From positions 135,450 through 199,449 of the forward strand of contig CAZRMW010000001.1 in NCBI GenBank assembly GCA_964601305.1: a stretch of DNA of 64,000 nt. The letters run 5' to 3'. Position 1 is the stretch's first letter, and every line of letters begins with the position of its first letter. Of the stretch, positions 30,668-40,008 are shown one piece after another. The stretch is from an uncultured Candidatus Saccharibacteria bacterium (GTDB lineage Bacteria; Patescibacteriota; Minisyncoccia; JAHISW01; Tagabacteraceae). A model generated the notes under the pieces. It saw only the letters and a list, made by a program, of their open reading frames with translations, was not told the DNA's origin and did no database searches. The position numbers were made by a program, and so were the translations under genes.

Positions 30668-30695
30668 AGTATATAAAAATAAATTCTCAAGTCAA
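30668..30695 (-). promoter_or_regulatory. Sigma70-type promoter for the ncRNA candidate
   Basis: TTGACT-N16-TATACT. Confidence 0.55.
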
Positions 30696-30932
30696 GCGTT
30701 TGTTTATCCCCAACAGACTAGAGGTATGCACCTGTCCAGCCTGCCGGTAAGTATGACTCGGTAGACAAAAAATACCAAACTTACAACTTCGAAGTGAAAA
30801 CAGTGGAGGTGTGGACAAGCCTTGACGACAGAATAGTAAATATGATATATATTTAAGATATTAACACCACTGCCCCTGCTCCTTGGAGTAAGGGCAGTTT
30901 GTTGTTATAGTTAAACGTATTCAAATTCAAAT

Positions 30933-31493
30933 ATGCTATTTAAATCTCCGAAAAAAGAACGAGTGGCGATATATATTGATGGTAATAATTTTTATAATCG
31001 CTTAAAAGAACCTGAAATTAATTTTCCAAAAGGTGTTAATTTTAATTATTCAGAATTTATAAATTTTTTGTTGGGAGACAGAGAATTAATTTCAAAAAGA
31101 TATTATATTGGTATAGTAAAAAATTTTGATGGAAAAGAAAAAAGCAAGAAAATGGTTTCAAGTCAGCAAAAATTTCTATCTGAATTAGAAAATCAGGGGT
31201 TTAGTATTAAAAGAGGTAAAATTATTTATGACAACGGGAAGCCAAGAGAAAAAGGCGTTGATGTTAAAATAGCCATAGATTTGATTACGGGAGCAATTGA
31301 TGATTTATATGATACAGCTATTTTAATAAGTTCTGATACAGATTTAATACCAGCGATCAAATATATTAAATTTAAAGACAAAAAACTTGAATATGTTGGA
31401 TTTTCTCACAACCCATCCTTTGGGATGATAAAATGGTCAACCACAAGAAGACTTCTTCTACCTGAAGATATAAACAGATTTAAGCAATTTTGA
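30933..31493 (+). CDS. NYN (LabA/DUF88) domain protein
   Basis: IYIDGNN, EKGVDV, SSDTDL. Confidence 0.9.
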   Translation: MLFKSPKKERVAIYIDGNNFYNRLKEPEINFPKGVNFNYSEFINFLLGDRELISKRYYIGIVKNFDGKEKSKKMVSSQQKFLSELENQGFSIKRGKIIYDNGKPREKGVDVKIAIDLITGAIDDLYDTAILISSDTDLIPAIKYIKFKDKKLEYVGFSHNPSFGMIKWSTTRRLLLPEDINRFKQF

Positions 31494-31567
31494 ATTCTTC
31501 TGATTGGTAGTATTGACTTAAAAAGTACTTGCAATATACTGTAGATATCGTTTAATACTCATTATAT

Positions 31568-31786
31568 ATGGAAAACATTCTACCAATATTTCAAATAGTT
31601 GTTTCTGTTTTGCTTGTAGTTGCTGTTTTACTCCAACAAAGAGGCGCTGGTCTTTCTGGGCTTTTTGGCGGAAGCGACGGGGGCTATCACACCAAAAGAG
31701 GTTTTGAGAAAAAGCTGTTCGTGGCAACCATAGTTCTTGCCTTTCTGTTTTTGGCATCAACATTCGTTGCACTACTTATACACTAA
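31568..31786 (+). CDS. secG: Preprotein translocase subunit SecG
   Basis: VLLQQRGAGLSGLFGG, two TM helices. Confidence 0.92.
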   Translation: MENILPIFQIVVSVLLVVAVLLQQRGAGLSGLFGGSDGGYHTKRGFEKKLFVATIVLAFLFLASTFVALLIH

Positions 31787-31795
31787 ACACAAAAA

Positions 31796-33580
31796 GTGAT
31801 TTATCTAAAAAAAATCCAAGCAAAAATTATCTTGCTGGAGCTAAGGCTTCGGTATGTTTTGCTTCACCTGTCGCCAAGACTTAAAAAAGTTTTGCTTTTT
31901 TCTTTGGCTATATTTATTATGAGCACTGCGCTTATAATAAACGAAATAGATAAAAATCTAAGTACAAAAATTCCAGAAAAAGGAGGGGCTTTAACAGAAG
32001 GAATAATAGGTACTCCCAGATTTGTAAATCCGGTGCTTACAATTTCCGACGCAGATAGAGACCTAACCATGCTAGTTTATTCAGGGCTTCTTAGGTCAAA
32101 CAACAACCAGCTTGTATTAGATTTGGCAGAAAGCTACGAAATAGATGAAGACGAACTTTGCTACACATTTACACTAAAACCAAACTTGCGCTGGTCAGAC
32201 AATATGCCACTAACCAGCGACGATGTTATTTTTACCATAGAGCAAATAAAGAACCCTACAACAAAAAGCCCTAGAAGAGCTTCTTGGGAAGGAGTAGAGA
32301 TTGAAAAAATAGATGAAAAAAATTTGAGTTTTTGTCTGCAAAAACCTTATGCTCCTTTTTTAGAAAACATGACTCTTGGAATATTACCAAAACATATTTG
32401 GAAAGATGTACTCCCAGAACAAATGCCTTTAAGTATTTTTAATATAGAAGCGACTGGTTCTGGACCATACAAAATAGAAAACATTTCTAGAAATTCTTCT
32501 GGTATCATCACTTCATACACACTTAAACCAAACAAAAACTTCCCTATACAAGACCCTTATCTTCAAAAAATAATTCTTAAGTTTTATCCATCAGAAAAAG
32601 AGCTTGTTTCTGCTTACAAAAGTGGAGAAATAGATAGCTTGAGTGCTTTAGCTCCACAAAAAATACTAGAAATAAAAAAAGATAACTCTTTTATAAAAAC
32701 CTATTTCCTTTCTCGTGTTTTTGCTATTTTCTTTAACCAAGACAATGCAAAACTTTTTGCAGAAAGCGAAGTAAGGCACGCACTTGATGTAAGCACAAAC
32801 AAACAAAAAATAGTAAATGAAATATTAAAAAACTTTGGTACACCAATTAGCTCCCCTATTCCTCCAGGAAGTATCGGTTTTAAAGAAACATCCACAATAC
32901 AAGAAAATATAAATGGAGATTTAGGAAAAGCAAAAGATATTTTAGAAAGAAATGGATGGAAGTTTCCAAAAACTAAACCCGCCGAAAGTGAAGACATTCA
33001 GGCGGGCAAGGACGAAGAACAGAAAGTACTAGAAAGAAAAAAGGGCAAAGAACTCTTACGACTTGAATTTTCTATTTCAACTTCAAACATTCCCGACTTG
33101 GTACAAACAGCTGAGCTTATAAAACAAAACTGGGAAGAACTTGGCGCAAAAGTGAATTTGAAAATATATGAAATAGGAGATCTTGAACAAAATGTTATCC
33201 GCCCAAGAGAATACGATGCGCTTCTTTTTGGAGAAATTATGGGCAAAGATCCAGATGCTTTCGCTTTTTGGCACTCCTCTCAAAGAAACGATCCTGGCTT
33301 GAACATAGCACAATATACCAATATCAGCGCCGACAAATTTCTTGAAGAAGCTCGTACAACTTTCGATATCAAAAAAAGAGAAGATAAATATCTAAAATTT
33401 CAAGAAGAAATAAAAGAAGATGCACCAGCTGTATTTCTATATTCACCATATTTTGTTCATCTACTACCAACTTCTATAAAAGGGGTCGACGAAGAATCTA
33501 TTACTGTGTCCTCTGAAAGATTCTCTCAAATTTATAAATGGCACATAAAAACCAAAAAAGTATGGAAAATATTTCAATAG
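31796..33580 (+). CDS. Peptide ABC transporter substrate-binding protein (family 5)
   Basis: WSDNMPLTSDDVIFT, GSGPYK, FWHSSQ. Confidence 0.88.
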   Translation: MIYLKKIQAKIILLELRLRYVLLHLSPRLKKVLLFSLAIFIMSTALIINEIDKNLSTKIPEKGGALTEGIIGTPRFVNPVLTISDADRDLTMLVYSGLLRSNNNQLVLDLAESYEIDEDELCYTFTLKPNLRWSDNMPLTSDDVIFTIEQIKNPTTKSPRRASWEGVEIEKIDEKNLSFCLQKPYAPFLENMTLGILPKHIWKDVLPEQMPLSIFNIEATGSGPYKIENISRNSSGIITSYTLKPNKNFPIQDPYLQKIILKFYPSEKELVSAYKSGEIDSLSALAPQKILEIKKDNSFIKTYFLSRVFAIFFNQDNAKLFAESEVRHALDVSTNKQKIVNEILKNFGTPISSPIPPGSIGFKETSTIQENINGDLGKAKDILERNGWKFPKTKPAESEDIQAGKDEEQKVLERKKGKELLRLEFSISTSNIPDLVQTAELIKQNWEELGAKVNLKIYEIGDLEQNVIRPREYDALLFGEIMGKDPDAFAFWHSSQRNDPGLNIAQYTNISADKFLEEARTTFDIKKREDKYLKFQEEIKEDAPAVFLYSPYFVHLLPTSIKGVDEESITVSSERFSQIYKWHIKTKKVWKIFQ

Positions 33581-34284
33581 AGGCACTTGTTAAAGACATC
33601 GAAAACACTCCTCGAAAACTAGAAGGTCTAAAAGATGTATTAAAAACTCCAAAAATCGCCGACCAAAATCCTCAAAAAATTGTATATGACGTCTATAGAG
33701 AAGTAGATCTGGTAAACACTTTGAGATACGATATCACTATTATGCACCCAGAAATGCTAGGTAGTGAATTTTGCAAAACATACGGACACTCTCATGAATA
33801 CTTAGAGGTAATGGAGGTGCTAGAAGGAAAAGCTCTGTGGTTACTTCAGAAACACGACCAGAATAACCCAGAAATCATAAAAGAAGTCTATTTGGTTTCT
33901 GCAAACAAAGGAGAAAAAGCTATTATTCCCAGCGACTTTGGATCAATAAGCATAAACCCAACAAAAGAAAAGGCCGTGCTTTCAAACTGGATGTGTACAG
34001 AGTCTATAAGTAGCTACGAATTAAACAAAAAATTTCAGGGTATGTGCTATTACATTTTAAAAAACAAAAACGGAGAAATAATTTATGAAAAAAATCCAAA
34101 TTACAAAGAAGTTCCTAGTTTAATTGAGTTAAAGCCAAAAGAACTACCAGAATACGGAATCACTTTCGACAAACCCCTACTCTCTTTAAAAGAAACTCCT
34201 GAAAAATTGGAATTTCTTAAAGACCCCGAAAAATATAAAAACATTCTTACAATCGATAAATGTTATGAAGAAACAAGAAAATAA
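33538..34284 (+). CDS. Cupin-type (archaeal-like) glucose-6-phosphate isomerase family protein
   Basis: LRYDIT, KTYGHSH, E...GKA, NPNY. Confidence 0.75.
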   Translation: MAHKNQKSMENISIEALVKDIENTPRKLEGLKDVLKTPKIADQNPQKIVYDVYREVDLVNTLRYDITIMHPEMLGSEFCKTYGHSHEYLEVMEVLEGKALWLLQKHDQNNPEIIKEVYLVSANKGEKAIIPSDFGSISINPTKEKAVLSNWMCTESISSYELNKKFQGMCYYILKNKNGEIIYEKNPNYKEVPSLIELKPKELPEYGITFDKPLLSLKETPEKLEFLKDPEKYKNILTIDKCYEETRK

Positions 34285-34780
34285 TTACGCTTTTATAGAC
34301 AGCCAAAATGTTAATCTCGGTGTCCAAAGTCTTGGATGGAAATTGGATTTCAAAAAATTCCGAGCTTACTTAAAAGATAAATACAATATAAACAAAGCCT
34401 TTTTGTTTATTGGATATCTTCCAGGCAACGAACGACTGTACACCTTTTTACAAAAAGCTGGTTTTATCTGTGTTTTAAAACCAACCCTTGAACTACCTAA
34501 CGGTCGAGTAAAAGGAAATGTTGATGCTGAATTAGTTTTACACACAATGATTGAAATTAATAATTTTGACAAAGCAATAATTGTATCTGGAGACGGAGAT
34601 TTTTATTGTTTAGTTAAACACTTATTAAAAATTAGAAAATTTAAAAAAATGCTTATACCTAACCAAAAACGGTATTCCGGACTTCTTAAACAACTAAGTA
34701 CTCCAGATTATAATATTCTCGATTTTATGGATACATTACAGAAAAAACTTTTTTTCGAAAAAAGAAAAGAGCTCTCGTAG
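34265..34780 (+). CDS. NYN domain protein
   Basis: FIDSQN, KGNVDAEL, SGDGDF. Confidence 0.88.
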   Translation: MKKQENNYAFIDSQNVNLGVQSLGWKLDFKKFRAYLKDKYNINKAFLFIGYLPGNERLYTFLQKAGFICVLKPTLELPNGRVKGNVDAELVLHTMIEINNFDKAIIVSGDGDFYCLVKHLLKIRKFKKMLIPNQKRYSGLLKQLSTPDYNILDFMDTLQKKLFFEKRKELS

Positions 34781-34861
34781 AGAACCCCTTTCGTCGTGAT
34801 GTTTTCACTATATCAAATCAAAAAAAAAAGTCAAGTAATAAATAATTAACAATAAATAAAA

Positions 34862-36532
34862 ATGAAAATTTCTAACAAGGTAAAAATAATCCCACTTGGT
34901 GGAGTGGAAGAAATCGGTCGCAATATGACAGTAATAGAATACGGAAACGACATCGTTGTTGTCGATGCTGGTTTTCAATTTCCCGAAGCAGAAACTCCTG
35001 GCATAGATTATATTTTGCCAAACACAGAGTATCTACAAAAAAACAAACACAAAATCCGCGGGCTAATAATTAGCCACGGACACTTAGACCATATTGGCGC
35101 CATTCCATACATAATGGATAAAATTGGCAACCCTACTATTTACACAACTAGACTTACAAAAGCTATGGTACTTAAACGCCAAGAAGAATTTCCACATGTA
35201 CCAAAACTGATTATAAAAGAAATAAAATCTGGAGATAGAATTAGGCTTGGGAACCTAAAAGCAAAATTTTTCGATATTACTCACACCATTCCAGATGCAA
35301 TAGGTACAATAATAGAAACCCCTCTAGGAAATGTTGTTTATCCGGGTGATGCAAAAATAGAGCACAATAGTCGTGGACAAATTTCTAAAACAGAGGCCTA
35401 TCAAAAACTAGGCAAAGAAAAAAACTTGGTTCTACTTTTAGAAAGCACCAACTCTGAAAAGCCTGGCTTTTCAATGACAGAAGACACCGTAAAGAAAAAC
35501 TTGGAAAAAGTTTTTAAAGAAGCTCCAAAAAGAATTATCGTTGGAACATTTTCTTCTCAGCTTGAAAGAATAATAGAGATTATAAAAATCGCCCAGAAGC
35601 TAAAAAAGAAAGTCGCTATCGACGGATTTAGTATGAAATCCAACATTGAAATTGCCAAAAAACTAGAACTTTTTAAGCCTAAAAAAGATACTATAATACC
35701 CATAAAAAACATTGACGATTATCCAGACGAAAGAATTATTATAGTGTGCACAGGCGCGCAAGGAGAAAAAAACGCTTCACTTATGCGCATAGCAAGTAAA
35801 AAACATGCACATATAAACTTAAAGTCTAGAGATACTGTAGTACTTTCTTCTTCCATTATTCCTGGAAATGAAAAGAGTATTCAAAACCTAAAAGATAATC
35901 TTGCAAGGCAAGACGCTAAAGTAATTCACTACGAAGTGGCCGACATCCATGCTAGTGGGCACGCATATGCTGAAGAATTAAAAATAATTACAAAGCTTAT
36001 AAAACCAAAATTTTTAGTGCCAGTGCATGGACACTTCTTTATGCTAAAAACAAATGCCCTTTTGGGAGAATCCGTAGGTATACCCAAAGCAAACATAGAA
36101 GTACCTATGAAAAACGGAGTAATAATAGAAACTGACGGCAAAAAAATAAGCACCAGAAAAGAAACAGTACCGGCAAACTATGTTATGGTAGACGGGCTTG
36201 GCGTTGGCGATGTACGAGAAGTGGTGCTTAGGGACAGGCAAATGCTCGCCAAAGACGGAATTTTCGTAATCATCGCCGTAATAGATACCAAAGCCAGAAA
36301 AGTGCTTGGCTCTCCAGATATTATTTCTCGTGGCTTTGTTTATCTAAAAGAATCTCAAGATTTATTAAAAAAAGCTCGGTTTATTGTGAAAAAAATTGTT
36401 GGCGAATCTGCGCAAATGAGCCCAATGAATATTACGTTTGTAAAAGACAATATTCGTGAACGAATTGGCAAATACCTTTTCCAAAAAACAAAAAGACGAC
36501 CGATGGTCTTACCGGTCGTCATTGAGATCTAA
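34862..36532 (+). CDS. rnj: Ribonuclease J
   Basis: PLGGVEEIGRN, HGHLDHIG, HASGH, PVHG, RRPMVLPV. Confidence 0.95.
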   Translation: MKISNKVKIIPLGGVEEIGRNMTVIEYGNDIVVVDAGFQFPEAETPGIDYILPNTEYLQKNKHKIRGLIISHGHLDHIGAIPYIMDKIGNPTIYTTRLTKAMVLKRQEEFPHVPKLIIKEIKSGDRIRLGNLKAKFFDITHTIPDAIGTIIETPLGNVVYPGDAKIEHNSRGQISKTEAYQKLGKEKNLVLLLESTNSEKPGFSMTEDTVKKNLEKVFKEAPKRIIVGTFSSQLERIIEIIKIAQKLKKKVAIDGFSMKSNIEIAKKLELFKPKKDTIIPIKNIDDYPDERIIIVCTGAQGEKNASLMRIASKKHAHINLKSRDTVVLSSSIIPGNEKSIQNLKDNLARQDAKVIHYEVADIHASGHAYAEELKIITKLIKPKFLVPVHGHFFMLKTNALLGESVGIPKANIEVPMKNGVIIETDGKKISTRKETVPANYVMVDGLGVGDVREVVLRDRQMLAKDGIFVIIAVIDTKARKVLGSPDIISRGFVYLKESQDLLKKARFIVKKIVGESAQMSPMNITFVKDNIRERIGKYLFQKTKRRPMVLPVVIEI

Positions 36533-36590
36533 AATATAAACGGCCCTCGACTTTGTGTCGGGACCATTTATATTTTTACTATAAAAAACT

Positions 36591-36797
36591 TTACTTACAA
36601 CAATTACCAGTAAGTTTTGGAAGCATTGTTAGCATATATACAGCGCTAATACCTACTAAAATATAAACTACTTTAGAAAGCATAGACATATCTCCAAAAA
36701 TAGTAGCAACCAAATCAAAACCAAACAGACCAACTAGTCCCCAGTTTAATCCTCCAATTACTACTAAAATAACAGCAATTAAGTTTAAAATTTTCAT
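36591..36797 (-). CDS. DUF378 small membrane protein
   Basis: IGGLNWGLVG...DLV...YILVG. Confidence 0.9.
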   Translation of the reverse strand: MKILNLIAVILVVIGGLNWGLVGLFGFDLVATIFGDMSMLSKVVYILVGISAVYMLTMLPKLTGNCCK

Positions 36798-36868
36798 AAA
36801 TTTTTTTATACATTATATAACTCGACCCTACCTATATTTTACCTCAAAAACTAGTTAAATGACTGTGG

Positions 36869-36916
36869 AAAACAAAAAGACGACCGATGGTACTCCCGGT
36901 CGTCATAGAAATTTAA
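36869..36916 (+). repeat. Synonymous duplicate of the rnj 3' end (last 15 codons plus stop)
   Basis: Encodes KTKRRPMVLPVVIEI*, as does 36485-36532. Confidence 0.85.
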
Positions 36917-36917
36917 A

Positions 36918-37415
36918 CTAGAAAGATCCCTTCGGGCCTTTTGGTATTTCTGTCCAGGCTGTTACCTCAATCCGATGCTTAGTGGTTTTTCTAAAAATTC
37001 CTGTCGAAATTTTTGCTTCCCAAAAACGTGGTTTTATAGTCGCATTAAACCTTCTTATCCACCAAGTACCCTGTTCTACAAAAAAACGAGCTTGCTCAGG
37101 AATCACTGATTCTCTACTTTCGTCATCCCAAATAAGTTTTACTAGTAGCATTCGCTCATGCTTCGGAGGTTCTTTTGGGTCTCTCCAATCAATATGCTCC
37201 CGGAAATTTTCTCGTCTTTCTTTTTCGGCTTTTAAAGCAACTAAATCGTCGTCAAGAGCCTTTATGTACAAACGTTCATAACCTTGATCTTTGGCTGATT
37301 TCAAATCTTTTCTAGCAATATTTAAGTTCTTTTGTTGTATTTCAATAAATTCCTCTAACTCACTATCAGAAATCTCTTTCAAATTTTCGACATCAGAAAA
37401 TGTTACTTGACTCAT
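36918..37415 (-). CDS. Hypothetical protein, paralog of 38113-38625
   Basis: Shared AEKERRENFRE(H/Y)IDW and AWTE(I/M)P(K/Q)GPKGSF. Confidence 0.7.
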   Translation of the reverse strand: MSQVTFSDVENLKEISDSELEEFIEIQQKNLNIARKDLKSAKDQGYERLYIKALDDDLVALKAEKERRENFREHIDWRDPKEPPKHERMLLVKLIWDDESRESVIPEQARFFVEQGTWWIRRFNATIKPRFWEAKISTGIFRKTTKHRIEVTAWTEIPKGPKGSF

Positions 37416-37582
37416 TTTGTCTCCTCCTTTTTCTTCCTTTCCATTTTATTTTTTCTCGGACATCCGTGTAAAAGATGGGTTAAATCAGTTCGAACACCGC
37501 CACACAAAGGACACAATCCCATTCCAACAAGCATTGCCGGGATATTCCTCACCAGACGACGTTTTTTCTTTTTTTTAAACAT
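37412..37582 (-). CDS. Small basic CxxC/H-x-C protein
   Basis: MFKKK...CPLCGG...HGCP; overlaps both neighbours. Confidence 0.4.
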   Translation of the reverse strand: MFKKKKKRRLVRNIPAMLVGMGLCPLCGGVRTDLTHLLHGCPRKNKMERKKKEETK

Positions 37583-37889
37583 TAAGTTTCTTCCCCCAAA
37601 CAGAATATACGCCAGAAATTTGGCGACCACCCCAGCCTGCATCCGTACAAACCAGCACATCGTAGCCTTCTTTTTTAAAACTCTCTATCACTTTCCAAGG
37701 TCTCGGATCATGAAACGAAGAAACTCTCTTTAAAATATTTCTGAGATGTGTATAATCCATCTCCTCAAGTTCTTCTGGGCTGTGTCTGCTTACAACAATT
37801 TCTTTTTCTGGCCCATCAGACCGATCACTTACTTTACCCACAATCCAAGAAAAAAATAAAAGAAAAAATAGACAGCCTAAAAAATTCAT
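37575..37889 (-). CDS. Membrane-anchored hypothetical protein, paralog of 38622-38930
   Basis: N-terminal TM, EIVVS...ELEEM.Y, VWGKK. Confidence 0.65.
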   Translation of the reverse strand: MNFLGCLFFLLFFSWIVGKVSDRSDGPEKEIVVSRHSPEELEEMDYTHLRNILKRVSSFHDPRPWKVIESFKKEGYDVLVCTDAGWGGRQISGVYSVWGKKLNV

Positions 37890-38112
37890 AAGAAAATTCC
37901 TTTCCTTTTTTGTCAACCATTGCCTACTCACAAAACTACCAAAAACAGTCTCAAAAAGCAAGTTTTTTAAACTTAAGTACACTTTTATCTACATAAACAA
38001 AATGCCAAACTCTTACGATCGTATGAGTATGGCGAATTAGAAAACTTGAAAAACAAAGTAAAAAATAAATTTAAACGCCTCAGTCGACTGAGGCGTTTGT
38101 TTTTTAGTTTTG

Positions 38113-38625
38113 CTATTTCATTTTTTCGTCCAAGGCTCCCATATAAACTTCTTTCTTTTTTTGTTTTGTTGAAAAAGATCCTTTTGGGCCTTGTGGCATT
38201 TCTGTCCAAGCCTCCACTACTACCGCCACATTTTTAAATTTCCAAACACCTGGTTTTATCCAGGCATTATGTCTTCTTATCCACCAACTCTTTACTTCAG
38301 TCATCCAACGTACTTCTTGAAAAGTTCGAATGTTGTCATTTTCCCAAAAAAGACGCCCAAGTAGTGCTTTATTGTGCGTTGGCAGATCCTTCGGGTCATT
38401 CCAATCAATGTATTCACGAAAATTTTCTCGTCTTTCTTTTTCGGCATAAAGAATTTCCAAATTTTCCCTAACAGCAGTTATGTAAGATCCTTCTGGAGGA
38501 TTGTCGGCATAACCAATTCCCTCTAAAGATCTCAGAGCATTTTCTTGTCTCTCTAAAAACCTCCCTAAATTAATATCCGAAATGCTTTTCAAATACCTAG
38601 CAAACGGATTTTCTGTTTTAATCAT
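38113..38625 (-). CDS. Hypothetical protein, paralog of 36918-37415
   Basis: Shares the motifs listed for 36918-37415. Confidence 0.7.
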   Translation of the reverse strand: MIKTENPFARYLKSISDINLGRFLERQENALRSLEGIGYADNPPEGSYITAVRENLEILYAEKERRENFREYIDWNDPKDLPTHNKALLGRLFWENDNIRTFQEVRWMTEVKSWWIRRHNAWIKPGVWKFKNVAVVVEAWTEMPQGPKGSFSTKQKKKEVYMGALDEKMK

Positions 38626-38930
38626 TTGTCCTCCTTAGGTTTTTTACCCCATACAACGTGGTGTTTATTGTCAAACAGAAGAATAATTATTTCATACCCT
38701 TGCTCTTTTAGCTTTTTAATTTCAGCACCGGGGTGAGCTTCAAAAAAAGTGGGATTATTTTTTATGAAAAAAAGTTCTTCATATCCCATTTCTTCTAATT
38801 CTTTGGAAGTATATTCTGAAATAACAATCTCTTCATCTAGCTCATAGTGTTCCCCGCATGTTTTACCAACAACAATCACTAAAAACAAAACCCCGATAAT
38901 TACTGCTAATACCGTTCCATCTATTCCCAT
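38622..38930 (-). CDS. Membrane-anchored hypothetical protein, paralog of 37575-37889
   Basis: N-terminal TM, EIVIS...ELEEM.Y, VWGKK. Confidence 0.65.
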   Translation of the reverse strand: MGIDGTVLAVIIGVLFLVIVVGKTCGEHYELDEEIVISEYTSKELEEMGYEELFFIKNNPTFFEAHPGAEIKKLKEQGYEIIILLFDNKHHVVWGKKPKEDK

Positions 38931-39036
38931 ATTTTGCCTCCTATTTTCTACCTCCAAACTACCAAAAACAGCCTCAAAAAGCAACAAACTACCAAAAACC
39001 TATATAGGTTTTTGGTAGTTTGGCTCATTTAAAGCC

Positions 39037-39834
39037 TTATTTTCCTTCGTAATGCTCGAGTAAAAATTCTACTAAAATTTCACCTCCAAGTTGACCCTTG
39101 CTTCTTGCCCCGCCCGGCGGGGTTGGTTCTATAAAATACTCCGACTCTACTCTATCTTTGTTTACCGTTATACCCTTGCCCACTTGAAGCATTTCTGCAT
39201 CATTATAGTTGTTGCCCGTGGTCATAATTTGTTTTGGCTCTATGTTTAACTGCTTAGCTAAATTTTTTATTCCCATCCCTTTGTTTGTTTTTTTGCTTCC
39301 TATATCGTACCCTTCATTTGTCCAAAGACAGTAAAGCTCTCCTTCTCCAACCTCTTCCACCAATTTACAAATTTCTTCCATTTCATCACAATGAACCGTA
39401 AGCACAAAAAGTTTTGGTTCAAACCCTCTTATCCTGCTGTCCATCTTTTTCATTTCTTTTATTTTTTCTTTAAGAACTCTCAATTTATTAAAATATTCAT
39501 CGCTATAAACTTCGTGAGTAATTCTGTTATCAAGCCAAGTGATATTTCCATTCTCTGCTTGCAAAATCGTTTCTTTGTCAGAAAATCTATTTGTTAAACT
39601 TTTTAGATACAAAATATTTCTACCAGATGAAAAGTTTAAACGCACATATTTTTCTAGCTTGTTTAAATTTTCTACAAATTTATCTGAAAGCTGCTTAGAC
39701 TCCATAAAAAGCTTAGAGCCATCATCCTCCTCTCTAATTTCTGTACCAACAGGAGCTATCACTCCATCGATATCAAAAGTAACTACTTTTATATTGTCTA
39801 ATTCTTCTTTAGTTATTTCTTCTAGTTTTTTCAT
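39037..39834 (-). CDS. HAD-superfamily (IIB/Cof-like) hydrolase
   Basis: FDIDG, SSGR, ENG, NKG, GNNYND. Confidence 0.85.
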   Translation of the reverse strand: MKKLEEITKEELDNIKVVTFDIDGVIAPVGTEIREEDDGSKLFMESKQLSDKFVENLNKLEKYVRLNFSSGRNILYLKSLTNRFSDKETILQAENGNITWLDNRITHEVYSDEYFNKLRVLKEKIKEMKKMDSRIRGFEPKLFVLTVHCDEMEEICKLVEEVGEGELYCLWTNEGYDIGSKKTNKGMGIKNLAKQLNIEPKQIMTTGNNYNDAEMLQVGKGITVNKDRVESEYFIEPTPPGGARSKGQLGGEILVEFLLEHYEGK

Positions 39835-39955
39835 CCCGTACGAAATAGAGAATCAAAGATTCTCGTTTATTAATCTAATAATTTTATAATAAAAAATAAT
39901 TTTTCTTGTTTTTTGTTTTTATCTATCTAAATCCCGGATTTCGTACGGGATTCAT
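39830..39955. mobile_element. MITE-like element, copy 1
   Basis: CCCGTACGAAAT terminal inverted repeats, TTCAT direct repeats on both sides; homologous to 44991-45117. Confidence 0.75.
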
Positions 39956-40008
39956 GTGTTTATTTTTTTGGTTTTGTTAAATTACAATATTTAGTATATC
40001 ATACTGTT

